Below are positions 51,259 through 64,000 of a DNA stretch of 64,000 nt, one piece after another. Position 1 is the stretch's first letter; every line of letters begins with the position of its first letter. The notes beneath the pieces are model-generated. The model did no database searches and was not told the DNA's origin. It saw only the letters and a program-made list of their open reading frames with translations. The position numbers and the translations under genes are program-made. Origin of the DNA: the human T2T-CHM13v2.0 reference genome, Homo sapiens; NCBI RefSeq assembly GCF_009914755.1, contig NC_060946.1, one strand, 5' to 3'.

Positions 51259-54200
51259 CACTGATCACCCAGGTGATTCAACTCTTGACTAGGAACTGCC
51301 TACAGAGGTTATTGTGAAATATCTCTGCACTGATAAACTAGGTGGTGTAACCCTTGTCCAAGCTCTGCCTACAAGGGCGTTTCCACATATCCCTGAACTG
51401 ATGACAGAGGTGATGTAACCCTTGCCTAGGCTTTGCCTACAGGGAACATTGGACATATATCTGCACTGATCACCCAGGTGTTGCAACTCTTGCCTAGGCT
51501 TTGCCTACAGGGGATATTGTGACATATCTCTTCAATGATCACTCATGTGATGCATCTCTTGCCTAGGCTTTGCCTACAGGGGACATTGTGACATATCTCT
51601 GCACTGATCTCCCAGGTGCTGTAACTTTAGTCTAGGCTCTAGCTACACGGCATTGTGACATATCACTACACTGATCAACCAGGTGATATAACTCTTGTAT
51701 ACGCTCTGCCTACAGGGGGATTGTGACCTACCTCTGCACTGAACACCCAGGTGATATAACTCTTCTCTAGGATCTTCCTACAGGGTACTTTGTGACATAT
51801 CCCTGCACTCATCACCCAGGTGATCTATCTCTGGTCTAAGCTCTGCCTAAAGGGGCATTGTGACAGATCTCTGCACTGATCACTCAGGTGATGTAAGTAT
51901 TGTCTAGGCTCTGCTTCAAGGGGCCTTGTCACATATCTCTGCACTGATCACCCAGGTGATGTAACTCTTGTCTAGGCTCTGCTTCCAGGGCATATTGTGA
52001 AATATTTATGCACTGATCACCTTAGGGATGTAACACTTTGGTAGGCTTGGCCTACAGGGGAATCTTGACATATCTCTGCACTGTTAACCGAGGTGATTTA
52101 ACTCTTGTCTAGACTGTGCCCACAGGGGGATTGAGACATATCTCTGCACTTATCCCGAGGTGATACAACTCTTGCCTGGTCTCTGCCTACTGTGGACATT
52201 GTGACATATCTCTGCACTGATCTCCCTGGTGCTGTAACTTTAGTCTAGGCTCTGGCTACACGGCATTGTGACATATCACTGCACTGATCACCCAGGCGAT
52301 ATAACCCTTCTCTAGGATCTGACCACAGGGTGCTTTGTGACATATCCCTGCAATGATCACCCAGGTGATATACCACTTGCCAAGGTTCTGCCTACAGGGG
52401 CATTGCAATGTATCTCTGCACTGATCACCTAGGTCTTGTAGCTATTTTCTAGGATCTGCCTACAGGGTGCTTTGTGACGTGTCCCAGCAAGGATTACCCA
52501 GGTGATGTACCTCTCATCAAGGCTCTGCCTACAGGCACATTGTGATGTATCTCTGCACTTATCACCTAGGTCATGTAAATTTTGTCTAGGCTCTACCTAG
52601 GATGGCATTGTGACATATCTCTACACTAATCATCCAAGTGATGTAACTCTTGTCTAGGATGTGCCTAAATTAACTTTTTGACATAACCCTGTACTGTTCA
52701 TCCAGGTGATGGAGCTCTTGTCTAGGCTCTGCCTAAGGGGGCATTGTGACATATTTCTGCATTGATCCCCCAGGTGGCGAACTCTTCTCTCGGATCTGCT
52801 ATGGGGGCATTGTGAGAAATCTCTGCACTGATCACCCAGGTGATGTAACTGTTGTGGAACCTCTGCCTACAGGGGAATTGTGAGAGATCTCGTCACTGAT
52901 TACCCAAGTGATGTAACCGTTGTCTAGGCATTGCATACAGGGGGCTTTGTGACATACCTTTGCACTGATCACCCAGGTGATGTAACACATCTAAGTTCGG
53001 CCTAAAGGAGCTTTGTGACATATCTCTGCACTGATCACTCAGGTGATGTAAGTATTGTCTAGGCTCTGTTTCAAGGGGCCTTGTCACATATCTCTGCACT
53101 GATCACCCAGGTGATGTAACTCTTGTCTAGGCTCTGCTTCCAGGGCATATTGTGACATATCTATGCACTGATCACCTTAGTGATGTAACACTTTGTTAGG
53201 CTCGGCCTACAGGGGAATCTTGACATATCTCTGCACTGTTAACCGAGGTGATTTAACTCTTGTCTAGGCAGTGCCCACAGGGGGATTGAGACATATCTCT
53301 GCACTGATCCCGAGGTGATACAACTCTTGCCTGGTCTCTGCCTACTGTGGACATTGTGACATATCTCTGTACTGATCTCCCAGGTGCTGTAACTTTAGTC
53401 TAGGCTCTGGCTACACGGCATTGTGACATATCACTGCACTGATCACCCAGGCGATATAACTCTTCTCTAGGATCTGACCACAGTGTGCTTTGTGACATAT
53501 CCCTGCAATGATCACCCAGGTGATATACCACTTGCCAAGGCTCTGCCTACAGGGGCATTGCAATGTATCTCTGCACTGATCACCTAGGTCTTGTAACTAT
53601 TTTCTAGGATCTGCCTACAGGGTGCTTTGTGACGTGTCCCAGCAAGGATTACACAGGTGATGTACCTCTCATCAAGGCTCTGCCTACAGGCACATTGTGA
53701 TGTATCTCTGCACTGATCACCTAGGTCGTGTAAATTTTGTCTAGGCTCTACCTACCATGGCATTGTGACATATCTCTGCACTAATCATCCAAGTGATGTA
53801 ACTCTTGTCTAGGATGTGCCTAAATTGACTTTTTGACATAACCCTGTACTGATCATCCAGGTGATGGAGCTTTTTTCTAGGCTCTGCCTAAGGGGGCATT
53901 GTGACATATTTCTGCATTGATCCCCCAGGTGGCGAACTCTTCTCTCGGATCTGCCTATGGGGGCATTGTGAGAAATCTCTGCACTGATCACCCAGGTGAT
54001 GTAACTGTTGTGTAACCTCTGCCTACAGGGGAATTGTGAGAGATCTCGCCACTGATTACCGAAGTGATGTAACCGTTGTCTAGGCTTTGCGTACAGGGGG
54101 CTTTGTGACATACCTTTGCACTGATCACCCAGGTGATGTAACACATCTAAGTTCGGCCTAAAGGAGCTTTGTGACATATCTCTGCACTGATCGCTTAGGT

Positions 54201-54319
54201 GATGTAACACTTTTATAATCACTGCCTACAAGGAATTTTGACAAATCTCTGCACTGATCACCTAGGTGATGTAACTATTGTCTACCCTCTGTCCAACGGG
54301 GCATTGTGAAATATCTCTG
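51259..54319 (-). repeat. 45-monomer composite unit (3061 bp): m1-m26 joined to m10-m28
   Basis: Marker spacing 51289-54350 is 3061. m26 is followed at 53029 by m10 (cactgatcactcaggtgatgtaagtattg). Confidence 0.92.
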
Positions 54320-57300
54320 CACTGATCACCCAGGTGATTCAACTCTTGACTAGGAACTGCCTACAGAGGTTATTGTGAAATATCTCTGCACTGATAAACT
54401 AGGTGGTGTAACCCTTGTCCAAGCTCTGCCTACAGGGGCGTTTCCACATATCCCTGAACTGATGACAGAGGTGATGTAACTCTTGCCTAGGCTTTGCCTA
54501 CAGGGAACATTGGACATATATCTGCACTGATCACCCAGGTGATGCAACTCTTTCCTAGGCTTTGCCTACAGGGGACATTCTGACATATCTCTTCAATGAT
54601 CACTCATGTGATGCATCTCTTGCCTAGGCTTTGCCTACAGGGGACATTGTGACATATCTCTGCACTGATCTCCCAGTTGCTGTAACTTTAGACTAGGCTC
54701 TGGCTACACGGCATTGTGACATAGCACTGCACTGATCAACCAGGTGATATAACTCTTGTATAGGCTCTGCCTACAGGGGGATTGTGACCTACCTCTGCAC
54801 TGATCACCCAGGTGATATAACTCTTCTCTAGGATCTTCCTACAGGGTATTTTGTGACATATCCCTACACTGATCACCCAGGTGATCTATCTCTGGTCTAA
54901 GCTCTGCCTAAAGGGGCATTGTGACAGATCTCTGCACTGATCACTCAGGTGATGTAAGTATTGTCTAGGCTTTGCTTCAAGGGGCCTTGTCACATATCTC
55001 TGCACTGATCACCCAGGTGATGTAACTCTTGTCTAGGCTATGCTTCCAGGGCATATTTTGACATATCTATGCACTGATCACCTTAGTGATGTAACACTTT
55101 GGTAGGCTCGGCCTACAGGGGAATCTTGACATATCTCTGCACTGCTAACCGAGGTGATTTAACTCTTGTCTAGGCTGTGCCCACAGGGGGATTGAGACAT
55201 ATCTCTGCACTGATCCCGAGGTGATACAACTCTTGCCTGGTCTCTGCCTACTGTGGACATTGTGACATATCTCTGCACTGATCTCCCTGGTGCTGTAACT
55301 TTAGTCTAGGCTCTGGCTACACGGCATTGTGACATATCACTGCACTGATCACCCAGGCGATATAACTCTTCTCTAGGATCTGACCACAGGGTGCTTTGTG
55401 ACATATCCCTGCAATGATCACCCAGGTGATATACCACTTGCCAAGGCTCTGCCTACAGGGGCATTGCAATGTATCTCTGCACTGATCACCTAGGTCTTGT
55501 AGCTATTTTCTAGGATCTGCATACAGGGTGCTTTGTGACGTGTCCCAGCAAGGATTACCCAGGTGATGTACCTCTCATCAAGGCTCTGCCTACAGGCACA
55601 TTGTGATGTATCTCTGCACTTATCACCTAGGTCATGTAAATTTTGTCTAGGCTCTACCTAGGATGGCATTGTGACATATCTCTGCACTAATCATCCAAGT
55701 GATGTAACTCTTGTCTAGGATGTGCCTAAATTAACTTTTTGACATAACCCTGTACTGATCATCCAGGTGATGGAGCTCTTGTCTAGGCTCTGCCTAAGGG
55801 GGCATTGTGACATATTTCTGCATTGATCCCCCAGGTGGCGAACTCTTCTCTCGGATCTGCTATGGGGGCATTGTGAGAAATCTCTGCACTGATCACCCAG
55901 GTGATGTAACTGTTGTGTAACCTCTGCCTACAGGGGAATTGTGAGAGATCTCGTCACGGATTACCCAAGTGATGTAACCGTTGTCTAGGCATTGCATACA
56001 GGGGGCTTTGTGACATAACCTTGCACTGATCACCCAGGTGATGTAACACATCTAAGTTCGGCCTAAAGGAGCTTTGTGACATATCTCTGCACTGATCACT
56101 TAGGTGATGTAACATTTTTATAATCACTGCCTACAGGGAATTTTGACAAATCTCTGCACTGATCACCTAGGTGATGTAACTCTTGTCTACCCTCTGTCCA
56201 ACGGGGCATTGTGAAATATCTCTGCACTGATCACCCAGGTGATTCAACTCTTCTCTAGGAACTGCCTACAGAGGTTTTTGTGAAATATCTCTGCACTGAT
56301 AAACTAGGTGGTGTAACCGTTGTCCAAGCTCTGCCTACAGGGGCGTTTCCACATATCCCTGAACTGATGACAGAGGTGATGTAACTCTTGCCTAGGCTTT
56401 GCCTACAGGGAACATTGGACATATGTCTGCACTGATCCCCCAGGTGATGCAACTCTTGCCTAGGCTTTGCCTACAGGGGACATTGTGACATATCTCTTCA
56501 ATGATCACTCATGTGATGCATCTCTTGCCTAGGCTTTGCCTACAGGGGACATTGTGACATATCTTTGCACTGATCTCCCAGGAGCTGTAACTTTAGTCTA
56601 GGCTCTGGCTACACGGCATTGTGACATATCACTGCACTGATCAACCAGGTGATATAACTCTTGTATAGGCTCTGCCTACAGGGGGATTGTGACCTACCTC
56701 TGCACTGATCACCCAGGTGATATAACTCTTCTCTAGGATCTTCCTACAGGGTACTTTGTGACATATCCCTGCACTGATCACCCAGGTGATCTATCTCTGG
56801 TCTAAGCTCTGCCTAAAGGGGCATTGTGACAGATCTCTGCACTGATCACTCAGGTGATGTAAGTATTGTCTAGGCTCTGCTTCAAGGGGCCTTGTCACAT
56901 ATCTCTGCACTGATCACCCAGGTGATGTAACTCTTGTCTAGGCTCTGCTTCCAGGGCATATTGTGACATATCTATGCACTGATCACCTTAGTGATGTAAC
57001 ACTTTGGTAGGCTCGGCCTACAGGGGAATCTTGACATATCTCTGCACTGTTAACCGAGGTGATTTAACACTTGTCTAGGCTGTGCCCACAGGGGATTGAG
57101 ACATATCCCTGCACTGATCCCGAGGTGATACAACTCTTGCCTGGTCTCTGCCTACTGTGGACATTGTGACATATCTCTGCACTGATCTCCCAGGTGCTGT
57201 AACTTTAGTCTAGGCTCTGGCTACACGGCATTGTGACATATCACTGCACTGATCACCCAGGCGATATAACTCTTCTCTAGGATCTGACCACAGGGTGCTT

Positions 57301-60300
57301 TGTGACATATCCCTGCAATGATCACCCAGGTGATATACCACTTGCCAAGGCTCTGCCTACAGGGGCATTGCAATGTATCTCTGCACTGATCACCTAGGTC
57401 TTGTAGCTATTTTCTAGGATCTGCCTACAGGTGCTTTGTGACGTGTCCCAGCAAGGATTACCCATGTGATGTACCTCTCATCAAGGCTCTGCCTACAGGC
57501 ACATTGTGATGTATCTCTGCACTGATCACCTAGGTCATGTAAATTTTGTCTAGGCTCTACCTACGATGGCATTGTGACATATCTCTGCACTAATCATCCA
57601 AGTGATGTAACTCTTGTCTAGGATGTGCCTAAATTAACTTTTTGACATAACCCTGTACTGATCATCCAGGTGATGGAGCTTTTGTCTAGGCTCTGCCTAA
57701 GGGGGCATTGTGACATATTTCTGCATTGATCCCCCAGGTGGCGAACTCTTCTCTCGGATCTGCCTATGGGGGCATTGTGAGAAATCTCTGCACTGATCAC
57801 CCAGGTGATGTAACTGTTGTGTAACCTCTGCCTACAGGGGAATTGTGAGAGATCTCGCCATTGATTACCCAAGTGATGTAACCGTTGTCTAGGCTTTCCG
57901 TACAGGGGCTTTGTGACATACCTTTGCACTGATCACCCAGGTGATGTAACACATCTAAGTTCGGCCTAAAGGAGCTTTGTGACATATCTCTGCACTGATC
58001 GCTTAGGTGATGTAACACTTTTATAATCACTGCCTACAGGGAATTTTGACAAATCTCTGCACTGATCACCTAGGTGATGTAACTCTTGTTTACCCTCTGT
58101 CCAACGGCGCATTGTGAAATATCTGTGCACTGATCACCCAGGTGATTCAACTCTTGACTAGGAACTGCCTACAGAGGTTATTGTGAAATATCTCTGCACT
58201 GATAAACTAGGTGGTGTAACCGTTGTCCAAGCTCTGCCTACAGGGGCGTTTCCACATATCCCTGAACTGATGACAGAGGTGATGTAACTCTTGCCTAGGC
58301 TTTGCCTACAGGGAACATTGGACATATATCTGCACTGATCACCCAGGTGATGCAACTCTTGCCTAGGCTTTGCCTAGAGGGGACATTGTGACATATCTCT
58401 TCAATGATCACTCATGTGATGCATCTCTTGCCTAGGCTTTGCCTACAGGGGACATTGTGACATATCTCTGCACTGATCTCCCAGGAGCTGTAACTTTAGT
58501 CTAGGCTCTGGCTACACGGCATTGTGACATATCACTGCACTGATCAACCAGGTGATATAACTCTTGTATAGGCTCTGCCTACAGGGGGATTGTGACCTAC
58601 CTCTGCACTGATCACCCAGGTGATATAACTCTTCTCTAGGATCTTCCTACAGGGTACTATGTGACATATCCCTGCACTGATCACCCAGGTGATCTATCTC
58701 TGGTCTAAGCTCTTCCTAAAGGGGCATTGTGACAGATCTCTGCACTGATCACTCAGGTGATGTAAGTATTGTCTAGGCTCTGCTTCAAGGGGCCTTGTCA
58801 CATATCTCTGCACTGATCACCCAGGTGATGTAACTCTTGTCTAGGCTCTGCTTCCAGGGCATATTGTGACATATCTATGCACTGATCACCTTAGTGATGT
58901 AACACTTTGGTAGGCTCGGCCTACAGGGGAATCTTGACATATCTCTGCACTGTTAACCGAGGTGATTTAACACTTGTCTAGGCTGTGCCCACAGGGGATT
59001 GAGACATATCCCTGCACTGATCCCGAGGTGATACAACTCTTGCCTGGTCTCTGCCTACTGTGGACATTGTGACATATCTCTGCACTGATCTCCCAGGTGC
59101 TGTAACTTTAGTCTAGGCTCTGGCTACACGGCATTGTGACATATCACTGCACTGATCACCCAGGCGATATAACTCTTCTCTAGGATCTGACCACAGGGTG
59201 CTTTGTGACATATCCCTGCAATGATCACCCAGGTGATATACCACTTGCCAAGGCTCTGCCTACAGGGGCATTGCAATGTATCTCTGCACTGATCACCTAG
59301 GTCTTGTAGCTATTTTCTAGGATCTGCCTACAGGGTGCTTTGTGACGTGTCCCAGCAAGGATTACCCATGTGATGTACCTCTCATCAAGGCTCTGCCTAC
59401 AGGCACATTGTGATGTATCTCTGCACTGATCACCTAGGTCATGTAAATTTTGTCTAGGCTCTACCTACGATGGCATTGTGACATATCTCTGCACTAATCA
59501 TCCAAGTGATGTAACTCTTGTCTAGGATGTGCCTAAATTAACTTTTTGACATAACCCTGTACTGATCATCCAGGTGATGGAGCTTTTTTCTAGGCTCTGC
59601 CTAAGGGGGCATTGTGACATATTTCTGCATTGATCCCCCAGGTGGCGAACTCTTCTCTCGGATCTGCCTATGGGGGCATTGTGAGAAATCTCTGCACTGA
59701 TCACCCAGGTGATGTAACTGTTGTGTAACCTCTGCCTACAGGGGAATTGTGAGAGATCTCGCCATTGATTACCCAAGTGATGTAACCGTTGTCTAGGCTT
59801 TCCGTACAGGGGCTTTGTGACATACCTTTGCACTGATCACCCAGGTGATGTAACACATCTAAGTTCGGCCTAAAGGAGCTTTGTGACATATCTCTGCACT
59901 GATCGCTTAGGTGATGTAACACTTTTATAATCACTGCCTACAGGGAATTTTGACAAATCTCTGCACTGATCACCTAGGTGATGTAACTCTTGTCTACCCT
60001 CTGTCCAACGGCGCATTGTGAAATATCTGTGCACTGATCACCCAGGTGATTCAACTCTTGACTAGGAACTGCCTACAGAGGTTATTGTGAAATATCTCTG
60101 CACTGATAAACTAGGTGGTGTAACCGTTGTCCAAGCTCTGCCTACAGGGGCGTTTCCACATATCCCTGAACTGATGACAGAGGTGATGTAACTCTTGCCT
60201 AGGCTTTGCCTACAGGGAACATTGGACATATATCTGCACTGATCACCCAGGTGATGCAACTCTTGCCTAGGCTTTGCCTACAGGGGACATTGTGACATAT

Positions 60301-61937
60301 CTCTTCAATGATCACTCATGTGATGCATCTCTTGCCTAGGCTTTGCCTACAGGGGACATTGTGACATATCTCTGCACTGATCTCCCAGGAGCTGTAACTT
60401 TAGTCTAGGCTCTGGCTACACGGCATTGTGACATATCACTGCACTGATCAACCAGGTGATATAACTCTTGTATAGGCTCTGCCTACAGGGGGATTGTGAC
60501 CTACCTCTGCACTGATCACCCAGGTGATATAACTCTTCTCTAGGATCTTCCTACAGGGTACTTTGTGACATATCCCTGCACTGATCACCCAGGTGATCTA
60601 TCTCTGGTCTAAGCTCTGCCTAAAGGGGCATTGTGACAGATCTCTGCACTGATCACTCAGGTGATGTAAGTATTGTCTAGGCTCTGCTTCAAGGGGCCTT
60701 GTCACATATCTCTGCACTGATCACCCAGGTGATGTAACTCTTGTCTAGGCTCTGCTTCCAGGGCATATTGTGAAATATCTATGCACTGATCACCTTAGTG
60801 ATGTAACAATTTGGTAGGCTCGGCCTACAGGGGAATCTTCACATATCTCTGCACTGTTAACCGAGGTGATTTAACTCTTGTCTAGGCTGTGCCCACAGGG
60901 GGATTGAGACATATCTCTGCACTGATCCCGAGGTGATACAACTCTTGCCTGGTCTCTGCCTACTGTGGACATTGTGACATATCTCTGCAGTGATCTCCCA
61001 GGTGCTGTAACTTTAGTCTAGGCTCCGGCTACACGGCATTGTGACATATCACTGCACTGATCACCCAGGCGATATAACTCTTCTCTAGGATCTGACCACA
61101 GGGTGCTTTGTGACATATCCCTGCAATGATCACCCAGGTGATATACCACTTGCCAAGGCTCTGCCTACAGGGGCATTGCAATGTATCTCTGCACTGATCA
61201 CCTAGGTCTTGTAGCTATTTTCTAGGATCTGCCTACAGGGTGCTTTGTGACGTGTCCCAGCAAGGATTACACAGGTGATGTACCTCTCATCAAGGCTCTG
61301 CCTACAGGCACATTGTGATGTATCTCTGCACTGATCACCTAGGTCATGTAAATTTTGTCTAGGCTCTACCTACGATGGCATTGTGACATATCTCTGCACT
61401 AATCATCCAAGTGATGTAACTCTTGTCTAGGATGTGTCTAAATTAACTTTTTGACATAACCCTGTACTGATCATCCAGGTGATGGAGCTTTTGTCTAGGC
61501 TCTGCCTAAGGGGGCATTGTGACATATTTCTGCATTGATCCCCCAGGTGGCGAACTCTTCTCTCGGATCTGCCTATGGGGGCATTGTGAGAAATCTCTGC
61601 ACTGATCACCCAGGTGATGTAACTGTTGTGTAACCTCTGCCTACAGGGGAATTGTGAGAGATCTCGTCACTGATTACCCAAGTGATGTAACCGTTCTCTA
61701 GGCTTTGCGTACAGGGGGCTTTGTGACATAACTTTGCACTGATCACCCAGGTGATGTAACACATCTAAGTTCGGCCTAAAGGAGCTTTGTGACATATCTC
61801 TGCACTGATCGCTTAGGTGATGTAACACTTTTATAATCACTGCCTACACGGAATTTTGACAAATCTCTGCACTGATCACCTAGGTGATGTAACTCTTGTC
61901 TACCCTCTGTCCAACGGGACATTGTGAAATATCTCTG
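54320..61937 (-). repeat. Four canonical 28-mer HOR units
   Basis: Marker at 54350, 56255, 58158, 60062 and 61968 (spacing 1903-1906). Confidence 0.92.
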
Positions 61938-63775
61938 CACTGATCACCCAGGTGATTCAACTCTTGACTAGGAACTGCCTACAGAGGTTATTGTGAAATA
62001 TCTCTGCACTGATAAACTAGGTGGTGTAACCCTTGTCCAAGCTCTGCCTACAGGGGCGTTTCCACATATCCCTGAACTGATGACAGAGGTGATGTAACAC
62101 TTGCCTAGGCTTTGCCTACAGGGAACATTGGACATATATCTGCACTGATCACCCAGGTGATGCAACTCTTGCCTAGGCTTTGCCTACAGGGGACATCGTG
62201 ACATATCTCTTCAATGATCACTCATGTGATGCATCTCTTGCCTAGGCTTTGCCTACAGGGGACATTGTGACATATCTCTGCTCTGATCTCCCAGGTGCTG
62301 TAACTTTAGTCTAGGCTCTGGCTACACGGCATTGTGACATATCACTGCACTGATCAACCAGGTGATATAACTCTTGTATAGGCTCTGCCTACAGGGTGAT
62401 TGTGACCTACCTCTGCACTGATCGCCCAGGTGATATAACTCTTCTCTAGGATCTTCCTACAGGGTACTTTGTGACATATCCCTGCACTGATCACCCATGT
62501 GATCTATCTCTGGTCTAAGCTCTGCCTAAAGTGGCATTGTGACAGATCTCTGCACTGATTACCCAGGTGATGTAACTCTTGTCTAGGCTCTGCTTCCAGG
62601 GCATATTGTGACATATGTATGCACTGATCACCTTAGTGATGTAACACTTTGGTAGGCTCGGCCTACAGGGGAATCTTGACATATCTCTGCACTGTTAACC
62701 GAGGTGATTTAACACTTGTCTAGGCTGTGCCCACAGGGGGATTGAGACATATCTCTGCACTGATCCCGAGGTGATACAACTCTTGCCTGGTCTCTGCCTA
62801 CTGTGGACATTGTGACATATCTCTGCACTGATCTCCCAGGTGCTGTAACTTTAGTCTAGGCTCCGGCTACACGGCATTGTGACATATCACTGCACTGATC
62901 ACCCAGGCGATATAACTCTTCTCTAGGATCTGACCACAGGGTGCTTTGTGACATATCCCTGCAATGATCACCCAGGTGATATACCACTTGCCAAGGCTCT
63001 GCCTACAGGGGCATTGCAATGTATCTCTGCACTGATCACCTAGGTCTTGTAGCTCTTTTCTAGGATCTGCCTACAGGGTGCTTTGTGACGTGTCACAGCA
63101 AGGATTACCCAGGTGATGTACCTCTCATCAAGGCTCTGCCTACAGGCACATTGTGATGTATCCCTGCACTGATCACCTCGGTCATGTAACTTTTTTCTGG
63201 GCTCTACCTACGATGGCATTGTGACATATCTCTGCACTAATCATCCAACTGATGTAACTCTTGTATAGGATGTGCCTAAATTAACTTTTTGACCTAACCC
63301 TGCACTGATCATCCAGGTGATGGAGCTTTTGTCTAGGCTCTGCCTAAGGGGGCACTGTGACATATTTATGCATTGATCACCCAGGTGGCGAACTCTTCTC
63401 TCGGATCTGCCGATGGGGGCATTGTGAGAAATCTCTGCACTGATCACCCAGGTGATGTAACTGTTGTGTAACCTCTGCCTATAGGGGACTTGTGAGAGAT
63501 CTCGCTACTGATTACCCAAGTGATGTAACCGTTGTCTAGGCTTTGCGTACAGGGGGCTTTGTGACATTCCTTTGCACTGATCACCCAGGTGATGTAACAC
63601 ATCTAAGTTCGGCCTAAAGGAGCTTTGTGACATATCTCTGCACTGATCGCTTACGTGATGTAACACTTTTATAATCACTGCCTACAGGGAATTTTGACAA
63701 ATCTCTGCACTGATCACCTAGGTGATGTAACTCTTGTCTACCCTCTGTCCAACGGGGCATTGTGAAATATCTCTG
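61938..63775 (-). repeat. 27-mer HOR variant of a second type (1838 bp; m10 missing)
   Basis: Marker spacing 61968-63806 is 1838. m7 is intact, but m9 is followed directly by m11 at ~62553. Confidence 0.91.
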
Positions 63776-64000
63776 CACTGATCACCCAGTTGATTCAACT
63801 CTTGACTAGGAACTGCCTACAGAGATTATTGTGAAATATCTCTGCACTGATAAACTAGGTGGTGTAAACCTTGTCCAAGCTCTACCTACAGGGGCGTTTC
63901 CACATATCCCTGAACGGATGACAGAGGTGATGTAACTCTTGCCTAGGCTTTGCCTACCGGGAACATTGGACATATATCTGCACTGATCACCCAGGTGATG

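Larger units (their letters stand above)
1..64000 (-). repeat. Beta satellite (BSR / 68-bp Sau3A family) tandem array, roughly 940 monomers
   Basis: A 66-69 bp unit, cactgatcacccaggtgatgtaactcttgtctaggctctgcctacaggggcattgtgacatatctctg, recurs continuously. Its reverse complement (GATCAGTGCAGAGATATGTCACAATGCCCCTGTAGGCAGAGCCTAGACAAGAGTTACATCACCTGGGT) is the hominoid beta satellite consensus as I recall it, and most monomers carry a GATC site. 64000/68 gives about 940 monomers. Confidence 0.97.

Noticed and set aside
311-62165. Recurrent 65-aa minus-strand ORF (MHHLGDQCR...SVGSS)
   Set aside because: It is the translation of m1-m4 of each HOR. It recurs only because the DNA is repeated, drops out of the ORF track in some units (19235, 35496), and has no gene context.
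1676-63447. 137-aa His/Cys-rich ORF with HHLGDQC repeats, superficially zinc-finger or metal-binding
   Set aside because: HHLGDQC, ITWVISA and SVQRY are the three frames of the same satellite core. There is no C2H2 spacing, and the ORF is freely broken by stops and frameshifts among copies.
1-64000. CRISPR-like look: a palindromic ~30-bp conserved core alternating with variable segments at a 66-69 bp period
   Set aside because: The variable parts are homologous to each other and recur every HOR, the cores are degenerate, and there are no cas genes or leader. The sequence is a known primate satellite.
1-64000. All ORFs lie on the minus strand
   Set aside because: The plus-strand monomer contains several TGA/TAA/TAG triplets, so the bias is compositional and not evidence of transcription or coding.
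1-64000. Possible D4Z4/LSau/DUX-associated or alpha-satellite context
   Set aside because: I saw no GC/CpG-rich D4Z4-like segment, no homeobox ORF and no 171-bp periodicity. The window is beta satellite only.
1-64000. Dense GATC sites suggesting bacterial Dam/oriC-like or iteron function
   Set aside because: GATC is simply the Sau3A site that defines this eukaryotic satellite family, and no prokaryotic features are present.

Overview
The whole 64-kb window is one uninterrupted, single-orientation array of hominoid (human-type) beta satellite (BSR/Sau3A family, ~68-bp monomer). The commonly written consensus reads on the minus strand. Monomers are organised as a 28-monomer, ~1906-bp higher-order repeat (HOR). 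I number them m1-m28 from position 281. There are 32 complete units between 281 and 63775: 20 canonical 28-mers, five 27-mers (two independent deletion types), one 26-mer, one 19-mer, four 37-mers and one 45-mer. I see no genes, RNA genes, transposon insertions, inversions or CRISPR arrays. All listed ORFs are artefacts of translating the satellite, and I found no new gene system. The interesting signal is architectural. (1) A 97-bp exact internal repeat (m6 = m15, 613 bp apart) sits at the junctions of both the -613 and +613 bp variants. (2) The +613-bp block is a diverged cassette with a monomer absent from the canonical HOR, so it appears to come from a sister subfamily. (3) There are two-HOR (3812-bp) duplications and dispersed haplotype clades. 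(4) The conserved monomer core is palindromic and motif-dense. Species and chromosome cannot be fixed from the sequence alone. All alignments were done by eye.
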